Shown piece by piece: positions 1-8,122 of a stretch of 53,926 nucleotides of DNA; the stretch's first letter is position 1; every line of letters starts with the position of its first letter. Source of the stretch: Deltaproteobacteria bacterium. Lineage in GTDB: Bacteria > Desulfobacterota > Dissulfuribacteria > Dissulfuribacterales > UBA3076. The notes beneath the pieces were generated by a model. The model was given only the letters and a program-made list of their open reading frames with translations. It was not told the origin of the DNA and ran no database searches. The stretch is taken from contig JAJSZR010000003.1 in assembly GCA_030262715.1 (NCBI GenBank), forward strand, positions 1 through 53,926, written 5' to 3'. The position numbers and the translations under genes are program-made.

Positions 1-1
1 T

Positions 2-1093
2 CTTCTCAGCTTAAGCGTAAATGCAGCCGGTGATGTAATATTCGAAGAAGGTCCCGGAAAGTCATGCCTTACTTCGCAGCATATCCTGCCGGTTCCCCGG
101 ATATCCCGGCCCTGTTTCACTGCTTATGCCGTATCATCAAGTAAGTTCAATCAGAAAAATGTTGGGGGCAAATCCATCAACCTGAGGCACCTGCAGGGCA
201 AGTTGCCGGAATGGATATGTATTCCCAATTCAGTGGCCATGCCGTTCGGGGTTTTTGAAAAGGTGCTTGCCGGGAAAAACAACAAGGAAATTGCCGGGCA
301 TTATAATGAACTGATACTGCGAATAGACAAAAAGGCCGAAAAGGTGGATGTAGGGGTACTGAGTGAACTCCATAAGACCATCCTGGGTCTCAAGGCACCG
401 GATGATCTGGTCTCTGGCCTTCATAGGGTGATGGATGAGGCAGGGCTACCGTGGCCCTCAAACTGGGAAGATGCCTGGACATGTATCAAGGGTGTATGGG
501 GCTCCAAATGGAACGAGAGGGCACATCTAAGCCGCAGGACAAGAGGGATCCCCCATGCGGATCTCTTCATGGCGGTGCTCATTCAAGAGGTAGTCGAGGC
601 CGATTACAGTTTTGTGATCCACACTGTTAATCCCTCTACGGGCAACCAGGATGAGATCTATGCCGAGGTGGTCCCGGGCCTTGGGGAGACATTGGTCGGC
701 AATTATCCCGGAAAGGCCTTCAGCTTCACCTGCAGGAAGGGAAAAGATGAACCACAGCTTCTGGCTTTCCCGAGCAAGAGCGTTGCCCTTTTCGGCAGCG
801 GCCTGATCTTCCGTTCGGATTCCAATGGGGAAGACCTGGCTGGTTATGCTGGTGCCGGCCTTTACGACAGCATAATGTTGGAGCCGTCAGTCAAGGTTTC
901 CCTGGATTACACACGCGAATTGCTCGTGTGGAATGAGGATTTTCGAAAGGACTTTTTAGTCACTGTAGCCAATATCGGCACAGTTATTGAGAAAGCCATG
1001 GGCTCTGCCCAGGATATTGAAGGCGCTTACTCGAAAGGTCAATATTACGTTGTACAGACACGCCCGCAGGTAGGGATTGAAGATGGTATTTAA
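2..1093 (+). CDS. alpha-glucan,water dikinase (GWD)-like protein, C-terminal ATP-grasp nucleotide-binding domain; 5'-partial (runs off the left edge)
   Basis: Frame 2 has no stop from nt 2 to the TTG the ORF track used at 203, so the gene is truncated by the window. Upstream translation ends '...YAVSSSKFNQKNVGGKSINLRHLQGKLPEW', the canonical start of the PPDK_N-type ATP-grasp domain. Later blocks are 'WGSKWNERAHLSRR', 'FRSDSNGEDLAGYAGAGLYDS' and 'DIEGAYSKGQYYVVQTRPQV'. The sequence is collinear with the C-terminus of plant GWD as I recall it. Confidence 0.85.
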   Translation, partial: LLSLSVNAAGDVIFEEGPGKSCLTSQHILPVPRISRPCFTAYAVSSSKFNQKNVGGKSINLRHLQGKLPEWICIPNSVAMPFGVFEKVLAGKNNKEIAGHYNELILRIDKKAEKVDVGVLSELHKTILGLKAPDDLVSGLHRVMDEAGLPWPSNWEDAWTCIKGVWGSKWNERAHLSRRTRGIPHADLFMAVLIQEVVEADYSFVIHTVNPSTGNQDEIYAEVVPGLGETLVGNYPGKAFSFTCRKGKDEPQLLAFPSKSVALFGSGLIFRSDSNGEDLAGYAGAGLYDSIMLEPSVKVSLDYTRELLVWNEDFRKDFLVTVANIGTVIEKAMGSAQDIEGAYSKGQYYVVQTRPQVGIEDGI

Positions 1094-1151
1094 TCATGAG
1101 GTGGCCATCCGTTTTTTGAAAAAGAAAAAAGTGTAAACCGATAAATGAAGG

Positions 1152-4100
1152 ATGCCCCAAATGCATATCCGGATCGGCAATCAGAGCGCCTTCTCGGCCT
1201 CAACAGTGATACAACCCTTTGAGTATGCTGTGGCTAACGGTTTTGATGCCTTTGAGTGGTTTCCCGACAAAAAGGAATCAGGGGAAGGCTGGGCAGAAAT
1301 CGATATTGCTGAAGAGCAACGTGCCTTTATTAAGAAAACCGCCCTTGTCCATGACATATGCCTCTCGGTCCATGCCCCCTGGCAGGCAAATCCTTTAAGG
1401 CCGGAAAGTCGTGACATCTTCCTCAAAAATATTGAGTTTGCACAGGATATAGGCGCATCGCTCATCAATATACACCTTTATACTGATGAAGGTATTGCCT
1501 CCTATGTCCAGGCCATTGTTCCCCTGATAAAAGATCTGGCAAAGGCCGGGATTAAGCTTTCTATAGAAAATACACCCATTACCGGACCGCAGGATTTTAA
1601 TGAGTTGTTCAGGCAGCTTCTAGACCTCGACTCAACAGATATCGCTCATGTGGGAATGTGCCTGGACCTGGGACACGCCAACCTGTGCGAGGCAACCCTT
1701 AATGACTACCTCAAATTCATCGACCTGCTCGATTCCAGGGTCCCTATCATCCATATTCACCTGCATGAAAACTATGGAGACTACGACAGCCACCTGCCCC
1801 TGTTCACCGGCCCTGCAGGAAAAAATGACTTAGGCATAAAGGGGTTTATAGAGCGGATGGAAAGGCGCAACTTTTCAGGATGCATTATCTTCGAGCAGTG
1901 GCCGGAACCACCCGGTCTGCTCAATGATGCCCGCAACAGGCTGCTTAAGATGATCGGTATTTCAGAAAGACCCGCTATTGAGCCTAGCATGGCCCCTGGG
2001 AATGACTTTGTTAATATGATTGCCGGGGCGGACCGGAAGTGCCGAAGCTGGAGGGAGAAACTCAGCTGGATTGATCACTTGCTCTCTGATGACACATTTG
2101 AGCTTAACACAGAGCAACTCATTTACATGGCGATCTATCTCCGTTTCATAGGGACAGGTAAAATACCCTGTACTGAGGATGGGCGGCACTTTCGCCCATC
2201 TCATCATGCAAGGATGGCTCATCATATAGAGGACCATCTGTACAAAATTACCACCCCGGAAAATGTATTTATCATCAGGAGAATTTATCCATGGCTTCCA
2301 TCCTTTACCAGCAGCTTTACCAGGAAGGAACCGCTCACACGAATACGGGATATTGCTCACAGAAACGATATCCCCAAGGAGCTCAAGAAGGAGATCAAGA
2401 ATACGCTCCAGAACAAGCTGCACCGGTGCGCCGGCCCTGAGGACCTTGCCACCTCGGCGGCCCTGCTTAAAAGGATAACGGCCCCGGGTGCCGGTTATTC
2501 ACCCGATTTCATAAAGGAGTTCAGGGAGTTCCACAAGGAACTCAAGGAGTTTTTCAATGCCCGCTCTTTAGAGGAACAACTTGAAGCAATGCTCAGGGAG
2601 GGTAGCGCTAATTCCCATACGCTCGAGTTAATTCACAAATTCCTTAAAGCCAAAGAAAAAGCACATACACCCAAGGAGATGGTAACCAGTTTCGAGCTCT
2701 TGACAATGCTTCGCAGTCAATTCAGTGAAAAACTTAAAGAGAAAACCAGTTCCGAAGGACAAAAGCTCCAATTGACCGATATCAAGCTGGAGGACTTTTC
2801 TTTTGTCCTCTTGAGCCAACTGATCAACCTCTTTGATGCCTTGGGGAAAGAAATAAGCTGGTCGCCGGCCCTGCGCTGCCTGGAGCTTGCAATTGAAAAC
2901 TTGCGCCTCAGCGGCTTTGATACCGGAGAATGCCAGGCAATAGAATCCGAACTGGAGGCTTGGAGCAAAGATTTCAAACCTCGAGACCGTGAGCACCTTA
3001 TTCGGCTCAAAGCCACAATTGATCGATGCCGACGGCTGGTAGAAGTCTACTGTAATAGAATCCTATCCCTGTTTCCTGAAAAGGTCGAAAGACTTGGACA
3101 GGCACTGGGTGTGGCAAGACACAAGATAAAGATCTTCTGTGAGGTGGATATTCGAAGCCACCTGGTCTTCCAGCTCTCAAAACTTATTGTTCTGCTTTTA
3201 AAAGGCATCCGGAGGCTCGCTGCCTTGCCCCCATGGGATGTGATCGTACCGGGCAAGACCTCCGGCCGCCTGGTAGAGGCCGCATGCCTTGATGATTTAC
3301 CAAGTCCTTTTGACAAAGCGATCGTAGTTCTTATGGAAAAGGTGGAAGGCGATGAGGAGATCCCTGCAGGGGTGGTCGGCCTGATTGTTGCCCATGGAAC
3401 ACCTCTTCTTTCACACCTTGCGGTTCGGGCCAGACAGGGGGAAATCGTATTTATAGTATGCGAAGATGCAGATCGCTATGCAGAATTAAAAAATTCCCTT
3501 GGAAAGCAGCTCGTCCTGGATGTCTCTGCTGAAGAGGTGAGTCTGGGATTTTTCTCCGGCCCTGAGCAAGAAGCAGTGACTGAGAGAGAAAGGGAGGTCC
3601 GGCGGAAACGGGTTTGGGTACCTGATGTGCTCCTGTCCCCTGATCGCAAATTGTTGCCGTTGGATCAGGTAAGACCTGCAAATGGAGGCAGCAAGGCAGC
3701 AGCAGTAAGGCGGCTTGAAGAACTGTCGCAAATTGAGGAGGCAGGCTTTGTGACACCCCCTGGAGTTGTAGTTCCTTTTGGTGTCATGGAAGAGTCACTA
3801 CATAAGGCATCGGTCCTTGAACAAGAGTACCGGATGTTGGTCAGCCGGTTGAATAAACTGCCACAAAGTGATTTCTTTGAGGCCTTAAGGAAATTACAAG
3901 GTATTATCAGGCAGCTTGACGTACCCGATGAGACCGTCTCGGGAGTGATGGAAAAATTTCCACGAAATGAACGGCTGATGGTACGTTCCAGTGCAAACTG
4001 CGAGGATCTGGAAGGCCTGTCTGGGGCCGGGCTTTACGATTCAATTGCCAATGTGTCGCCACCTGAGGTAGCCCAGGCAGTGAGCAAGGTCTGGTCATCA

Positions 4101-4595
4101 CTGTGGACCAGGCGCGCGGCATTGAGCAGGAGAAAGCTCGGTATCCCTCATGACAGGGCCCACATGGCTGTGCTCATCCAGCAGATGATCGTCCCGGAAA
4201 TTTCATTCGTTATGCATACTCTCAATCCTGTAGCTCAACACCTGGATGAAGTTTATGTGGAACTGGCAGCAGGCCTGGGTGAAGCGTTGACTTCCGGCAG
4301 GACGCCGGGTGTTCCTTATCGAATGGTCTGCAATAAGCATACAGGAAGGGTGCGTATGCTGGCCTTTGCGAGTTTCAGTTATGCAATATGGCCCGGCCCT
4401 TCGGGGAGTCTTATCCAAAAAACAGTGGATTATTCCGGAATAGGGCTGTCAAAAGATAAAGTTTTTAGAAACCGCTTGGGAGGACATTTGGGGGCAATCG
4501 GCCGATTTGTGGAAGATTCAGTGGGAATGCCTCAGGATATTGAGGGACTTGTTCTGGAAGACAAGATCTATCTGGTTCAATCACGTCCGCAGTAA
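1152..4595 (+). CDS. fusion protein: N-terminal xylose-isomerase-like TIM barrel (AP_endonuc_2 type) + GWD-like helical region + phosphohistidine swivel domain + C-terminal ATP-grasp nucleotide-binding domain
   Basis: 1147-aa ORF. aa ~1-270 carry TIM-barrel metal-site blocks ('SVHAPW', 'LSIENTP', 'CLDLGHAN', 'IHIHLHENYGDYDSHLP', 'IIFEQW'). The middle has 'RIRDIAHRNDIPKELKKEIKNTLQNKLHRCAGPEDL...FHKELKEFFNA', which I recognise as a GWD signature. The His domain is 'GLIVAHGTPLLSHLAVRARQGEIVFIVCED'. The C-terminus has 'GGSKAAAVRRLEEL', 'MVRSSANCEDLEGLSGAGLYDS' and 'DIEGLVLEDKIYLVQSRPQ'. The ATG at 1161 has better spacing from the GAAGGA at 1146-1151 and may be the true start. Confidence 0.85.
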   Translation: MPQMHIRIGNQSAFSASTVIQPFEYAVANGFDAFEWFPDKKESGEGWAEIDIAEEQRAFIKKTALVHDICLSVHAPWQANPLRPESRDIFLKNIEFAQDIGASLINIHLYTDEGIASYVQAIVPLIKDLAKAGIKLSIENTPITGPQDFNELFRQLLDLDSTDIAHVGMCLDLGHANLCEATLNDYLKFIDLLDSRVPIIHIHLHENYGDYDSHLPLFTGPAGKNDLGIKGFIERMERRNFSGCIIFEQWPEPPGLLNDARNRLLKMIGISERPAIEPSMAPGNDFVNMIAGADRKCRSWREKLSWIDHLLSDDTFELNTEQLIYMAIYLRFIGTGKIPCTEDGRHFRPSHHARMAHHIEDHLYKITTPENVFIIRRIYPWLPSFTSSFTRKEPLTRIRDIAHRNDIPKELKKEIKNTLQNKLHRCAGPEDLATSAALLKRITAPGAGYSPDFIKEFREFHKELKEFFNARSLEEQLEAMLREGSANSHTLELIHKFLKAKEKAHTPKEMVTSFELLTMLRSQFSEKLKEKTSSEGQKLQLTDIKLEDFSFVLLSQLINLFDALGKEISWSPALRCLELAIENLRLSGFDTGECQAIESELEAWSKDFKPRDREHLIRLKATIDRCRRLVEVYCNRILSLFPEKVERLGQALGVARHKIKIFCEVDIRSHLVFQLSKLIVLLLKGIRRLAALPPWDVIVPGKTSGRLVEAACLDDLPSPFDKAIVVLMEKVEGDEEIPAGVVGLIVAHGTPLLSHLAVRARQGEIVFIVCEDADRYAELKNSLGKQLVLDVSAEEVSLGFFSGPEQEAVTEREREVRRKRVWVPDVLLSPDRKLLPLDQVRPANGGSKAAAVRRLEELSQIEEAGFVTPPGVVVPFGVMEESLHKASVLEQEYRMLVSRLNKLPQSDFFEALRKLQGIIRQLDVPDETVSGVMEKFPRNERLMVRSSANCEDLEGLSGAGLYDSIANVSPPEVAQAVSKVWSSLWTRRAALSRRKLGIPHDRAHMAVLIQQMIVPEISFVMHTLNPVAQHLDEVYVELAAGLGEALTSGRTPGVPYRMVCNKHTGRVRMLAFASFSYAIWPGPSGSLIQKTVDYSGIGLSKDKVFRNRLGGHLGAIGRFVEDSVGMPQDIEGLVLEDKIYLVQSRPQ

Positions 4596-4610
4596 GGAGT
4601 GTTTTAAAAA

Positions 4611-4887
4611 AACCGTTCAGGGGTTCAAAGGGTCAAGTGACAAGAAAAAAATGAACATCGAACATCGAACGTCCAACATCGAATTTTGAATGGGAAAAGA
4701 TGAAGAAACAGACTTATGACCTGGAAGAAAGGCTACTTATTAAAAAATCTGAACTACTAAATGATATTCTAGAGGAAACAGAAATAGCCGTTGAATGTTC
4801 GGTATCGGATATTTGTTTTTCGTTCGATGTTGGACGTTCGATGTTCGATGTTCGACGTTCATCTTTTAATGTAACCTGTGAACGGTT
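4611..4887. mobile_element. intergenic inverted-repeat element (MITE/IVS-like) carrying a remnant of a four-helix-bundle (23S rRNA intervening-sequence protein family) gene
   Basis: Termini are AACCGTTCA (4611-4619) and its complement TGAACGGTT (4879-4887). The left arm 4651-4683 (ATGAACA TCGAACA TCGAACG TCCAACA TCGAA) is complementary to the right arm 4823-4862, which holds one extra TCGAACA heptamer. The interior encodes 'KKQTYDLEERLL...' (ORF 4700..4906), an N-terminal fragment typical of that family. Confidence 0.6.
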
Positions 4888-4902
4888 ACAAAAATATCAG
4901 AC

Positions 4903-5958
4903 ATGAAAAACAATAGTCCTTTCCCGTGCCCGCCGTTGCTTGCACTTTTTCAGAAAAGGATTGATGGCGATGACGCCCTTCTGCATTTGGCCAATTTACG
5001 CTTTAAAGAGGCAGGTCTTGGGACCGAATTTTATGCAACAACACCAGTGGAGCTGGACTGGCTGCTGGAATTCAAGCCCAGGCCTGAAACCCCTGCAGTG
5101 GCTCATTTGCGCAGAGATATAAATCTGTTTGAGGAAGAAGGCCGCAACCTGGTCATGGATTTTGCCACAAAATTCAAAGACCAGATCTTTGGGCTGGTCA
5201 TCCATGATCAAACCGAAATCACAACCCGTCTTGACGATTATTTGGCCGCATTGCAGGAGATAGAGTCAAGATCGAAAAAGGTCCCGGGAAGCCCTTATCT
5301 TTTTGTAGAATATGCCGCAGGCCTGGAACCTGATTTCTTTATTGAAATCTTTAAGGCGGTACGAGATCTTGAACATGTAAGCGCCTGTATTGATATAGGC
5401 CATATCGGCATATGGCAAACAAGATCTGCCTATTCACTCAACCATCCGGGAAAGGAGGTGTGCGCCATCACGCCGAATGATCCTGAACTGCCGGAGGTGA
5501 TCAGAGATGTCCAGAGTGCGGTTGATTCCGGATTAGACGCAGTGCTTCATGTAATTCGGGCCCTTGGCCGCTTAGAAAAACCATTGCATTTTCATTTGCA
5601 TGATGGACATCCGCTTTCCACCTTCAGTCCCTTTGGGATCTCTGACCACCTGAGTTTCCTGGTTGAAATTCCGATACCTTTTGAATACAAAGGCAGAAGA
5701 TCTCTTGATCCGATGTTCGGACCTTCAGGTCTTTCAAGGATAGTCACTGAATCATTGCAACTGCTGGGTCCGGATCGAGTTTCTTTTACACTTGAGATTC
5801 ATCCAACAGAAGGAAGGCTTCCTCTTGCTAATGCTTCTTACCTGTTTAATCACTGGAGAGACAAAACAAATGCGGAAAGGATGAACTATTGGCTGTCGAT
5901 TCTTGCTCAAAATCATAAACTGCTATTTGATATAGCCGTAAAAAGGATAGCGCTGTGA
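4903..5958 (+). CDS. xylose-isomerase-like TIM barrel protein (sugar phosphate isomerase/epimerase / AP_endonuc_2 superfamily), function unknown
   Basis: 351-aa ORF. Blocks 'FGLVIHDQ', 'LFVEYAAG', 'ACIDIGHIGIW' and 'LHFHLHDGHPLS...SDHLSF' parallel the metal-ligand blocks of the TIM-barrel domain in 1152..4595. Its stop overlaps the GTG start of the next gene (GTGA at 5955-5958). Confidence 0.55.
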   Translation: MKNNSPFPCPPLLALFQKRIDGDDALLHLANLRFKEAGLGTEFYATTPVELDWLLEFKPRPETPAVAHLRRDINLFEEEGRNLVMDFATKFKDQIFGLVIHDQTEITTRLDDYLAALQEIESRSKKVPGSPYLFVEYAAGLEPDFFIEIFKAVRDLEHVSACIDIGHIGIWQTRSAYSLNHPGKEVCAITPNDPELPEVIRDVQSAVDSGLDAVLHVIRALGRLEKPLHFHLHDGHPLSTFSPFGISDHLSFLVEIPIPFEYKGRRSLDPMFGPSGLSRIVTESLQLLGPDRVSFTLEIHPTEGRLPLANASYLFNHWRDKTNAERMNYWLSILAQNHKLLFDIAVKRIAL

Positions 5959-7259
5959 AAAAACCTGAAAAGATGATCATCTATAACCTGTTTCCCTTAT
6001 TGGCCGGAAAGTTCACAGACTGGGAAAGGCATTTATTGAGGGCATCTGAAATGGGCTTCAATTGGGTCTTTGTCAATCCCATTCAGCGTCCAGGTGAGTC
6101 GGGCAGCCTTTACTCAATAATGGATTATTATGATTTCAACCCTGTTTTAGTTGACCAAAAAAGTAAAAAAGCACCTCAGGAACAGGCAAAAGAGGCGATC
6201 AAGACCGCAAAAAAACTAGGTCTCAATGCAATGGTTGACCTGGTAATCAACCACTGTTCTGTAGATTCGGACCTGATTAAATCACACCCCGAATGGTTTC
6301 TATGGGAGTCCAGGGGTCACGTGGCCCATCCCTTCTGTGATGAAGACGGAAAAAAGGTGGTCTGGAAAGACCTGGCAAAATTCGATCACAGAGATACAAT
6401 GGATAAAGAGGGACTTTTTCAATACTTTCTCAATATAGTGAAATTCTTGATTGAATTGGGTTTTAGGGGATTTCGCTGTGACGCCGCTTATCAGGTCCCC
6501 AAAAGGCTGTGGGAAAGGCTCATTAAGGAGATAAAAAAGGGTCATCCTGAGATCGTCTTTTTTGCGGAGACACTCGGTTGCCCGTCAGACCAGACCAGAA
6601 GGACCGCCAGCGCCGGTTTTGATTATATATTCAATAGCTCCAAATGGTGGGATTTCAACAGCCCGTGGTTGATGGCACAATATGCCCTTACGCGAGAAGT
6701 TGTCCCTTCTATCAGCTTTCCTGAAAGCCACGATACTGTGAGACTCTGCGAGGAACTTCATGGCAACATCGAAGGGCTTAAACAACGCTATCTGTTTTCA
6801 GCCCTGTTTTCAGCGGGTGTCATGATGCCCATGGGATTTGAATTCGGTTTTTGTAAAAGGTTTCATGTGGTGAAAACCAGACCGGAAGATTGGGAAGAAA
6901 CAGACATTGATCTGGCCGCTTTCATTACTGAGGTCAACAAGTTGAAGTCGAATCAGGCAATCTTTCAGGAAGAGGCCCCTACAGAGATATTGTATGCCGG
7001 CAATCCAAATATCCTGCTCATGTGGAAGGCATCCATCAATGATCAAGAAGAGGCATTGCTGATTCTCAACAAGGACATTTATAACAAACAGCATTTTTAT
7101 GCGGAAAGCCTGCAGGAATTTATCCAGGCAGGAGCCCCGCTCAGTGATCTCTCTCCAGAATACCCAATGGAGTATATCCCGGTGCCATTTTCATACGATC
7201 TCCGGCCGGGACAAGGGATCGTACTGATCACTTCAAGAGATTTGATTCAGGATGATTGA
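5955..7259 (+). CDS. GH13 alpha-amylase-family catalytic-domain protein (GlgE-like sequence blocks)
   Basis: GH13 regions are present: I 'DLVINHCS', II 'GFRGFRCDAAYQVP', III 'VFFAETLG', IV 'SFPESHDT'. The N-terminal 'IYNLFPLLAG...MGFNWVFVNPIQRPGESGSLYS' and 'HPEWF' blocks resemble GlgE-type maltosyltransferases as I recall them. Confidence 0.8.
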   Translation: MKKPEKMIIYNLFPLLAGKFTDWERHLLRASEMGFNWVFVNPIQRPGESGSLYSIMDYYDFNPVLVDQKSKKAPQEQAKEAIKTAKKLGLNAMVDLVINHCSVDSDLIKSHPEWFLWESRGHVAHPFCDEDGKKVVWKDLAKFDHRDTMDKEGLFQYFLNIVKFLIELGFRGFRCDAAYQVPKRLWERLIKEIKKGHPEIVFFAETLGCPSDQTRRTASAGFDYIFNSSKWWDFNSPWLMAQYALTREVVPSISFPESHDTVRLCEELHGNIEGLKQRYLFSALFSAGVMMPMGFEFGFCKRFHVVKTRPEDWEETDIDLAAFITEVNKLKSNQAIFQEEAPTEILYAGNPNILLMWKASINDQEEALLILNKDIYNKQHFYAESLQEFIQAGAPLSDLSPEYPMEYIPVPFSYDLRPGQGIVLITSRDLIQDD

Positions 7260-7393
7260 ATCAATAGTAATTGAGTTTTCCCTGGATTTTTTGTAACCTT
7301 GGCCGGTGTGTCTTTATTCATTATGGTGGTTTTACACCGAGAGCTAAGGAGTTGTCCATATAAGCCAAGCAGTGGCTGGCGAAAGAGGGCGAA

Positions 7394-8122
7394 TTGATAA
7401 AGTCAATAGAAAGCAAAGACATCGAAAGGCCGAAATCCTACAATCCAGGATCTGAGAAACAGGAAAAAGCAAAACAATCAGATTTTGAAGCTTCCCAGGA
7501 TACCCAAGGACTCACCCGGGATTCCATAGATTTTCGCAACCTGTACGAAGAATACTGCGAAAGCCGGGTCGTTTTGCTTCCTGTGGAGCCCTACCTGATC
7601 CATGCCTACTGGGATGTTACCCATAACGACATCGAGAAGGCGAAACAGCGGCTGGGTGATGACTATAGAAAATCACAGGCCATCTTGAGATTCTATGATG
7701 TCACTAACATCATTTATGACGGTACAAATGCCCATGGTTTTTTCGACGTGGATATAGATCTTCAATCCCAAAACTGGTACGTAGATCTCTGGAGCCCGGA
7801 TAAATCATACTTTGTTGATTTAGGATTTAAGACCGGAGATGGTTTCTTCCTCCCGGTAACCCGGTCAAGTGTTGCCAGGACACCTTGTGCCTGGCCTGCC
7901 CCCAAAGCTGACGAACACTACATGTCCGTGGCAGAGGATGAAGAAGGCCTGTCAAAAATCGAAGTTCCTGAAAAACCTTTGCCTCAAAGCATTCAAGCTC
8001 GATATGAAAAACGAGTAGATTTTGATCTCACGGAAATGAGCGAGAAAGCATTCACACTTGGCATATCCTCAGAATTTATCTCGTCGACACAGGGAAAGAA
8101 CGATTCTGCTGACAGGCTTTGA
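7394..8122 (+). CDS. DUF4912 domain protein (usual partner of GH57 branching enzymes)
   Basis: 'VVLLPVEPYLIHAYWDV' is the characteristic DUF4912 opening. Its stop overlaps the start of the GH57 gene (8119-8122). Confidence 0.6.
   Translation: MIKSIESKDIERPKSYNPGSEKQEKAKQSDFEASQDTQGLTRDSIDFRNLYEEYCESRVVLLPVEPYLIHAYWDVTHNDIEKAKQRLGDDYRKSQAILRFYDVTNIIYDGTNAHGFFDVDIDLQSQNWYVDLWSPDKSYFVDLGFKTGDGFFLPVTRSSVARTPCAWPAPKADEHYMSVAEDEEGLSKIEVPEKPLPQSIQARYEKRVDFDLTEMSEKAFTLGISSEFISSTQGKNDSADRL

Noticed and set aside
1962-2423. 153-aa minus-strand ORF, plus the other 60-125-aa antisense or alternate-frame ORFs inside large genes (for example 8881..9255, 10928..11260, 41596..42009, 45981..46415, 48547..49038, 49273..49746)
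   Set aside because: All are nested within much longer ORFs that carry strong family signatures on the other strand or frame. None has motifs or plausible start contexts of its own.
4507-4906. ORFs 4507..4689 (60 aa) and 4700..4906 (68 aa) as real small genes
   Set aside because: Their translations ('NIEHRTSNIEF', 'FDVGRSMFDVRRSSF') are simply read-throughs of the heptamer inverted-repeat arms. Only a short stub resembles the four-helix-bundle family. I treated them as an element remnant, not as functional CDS.
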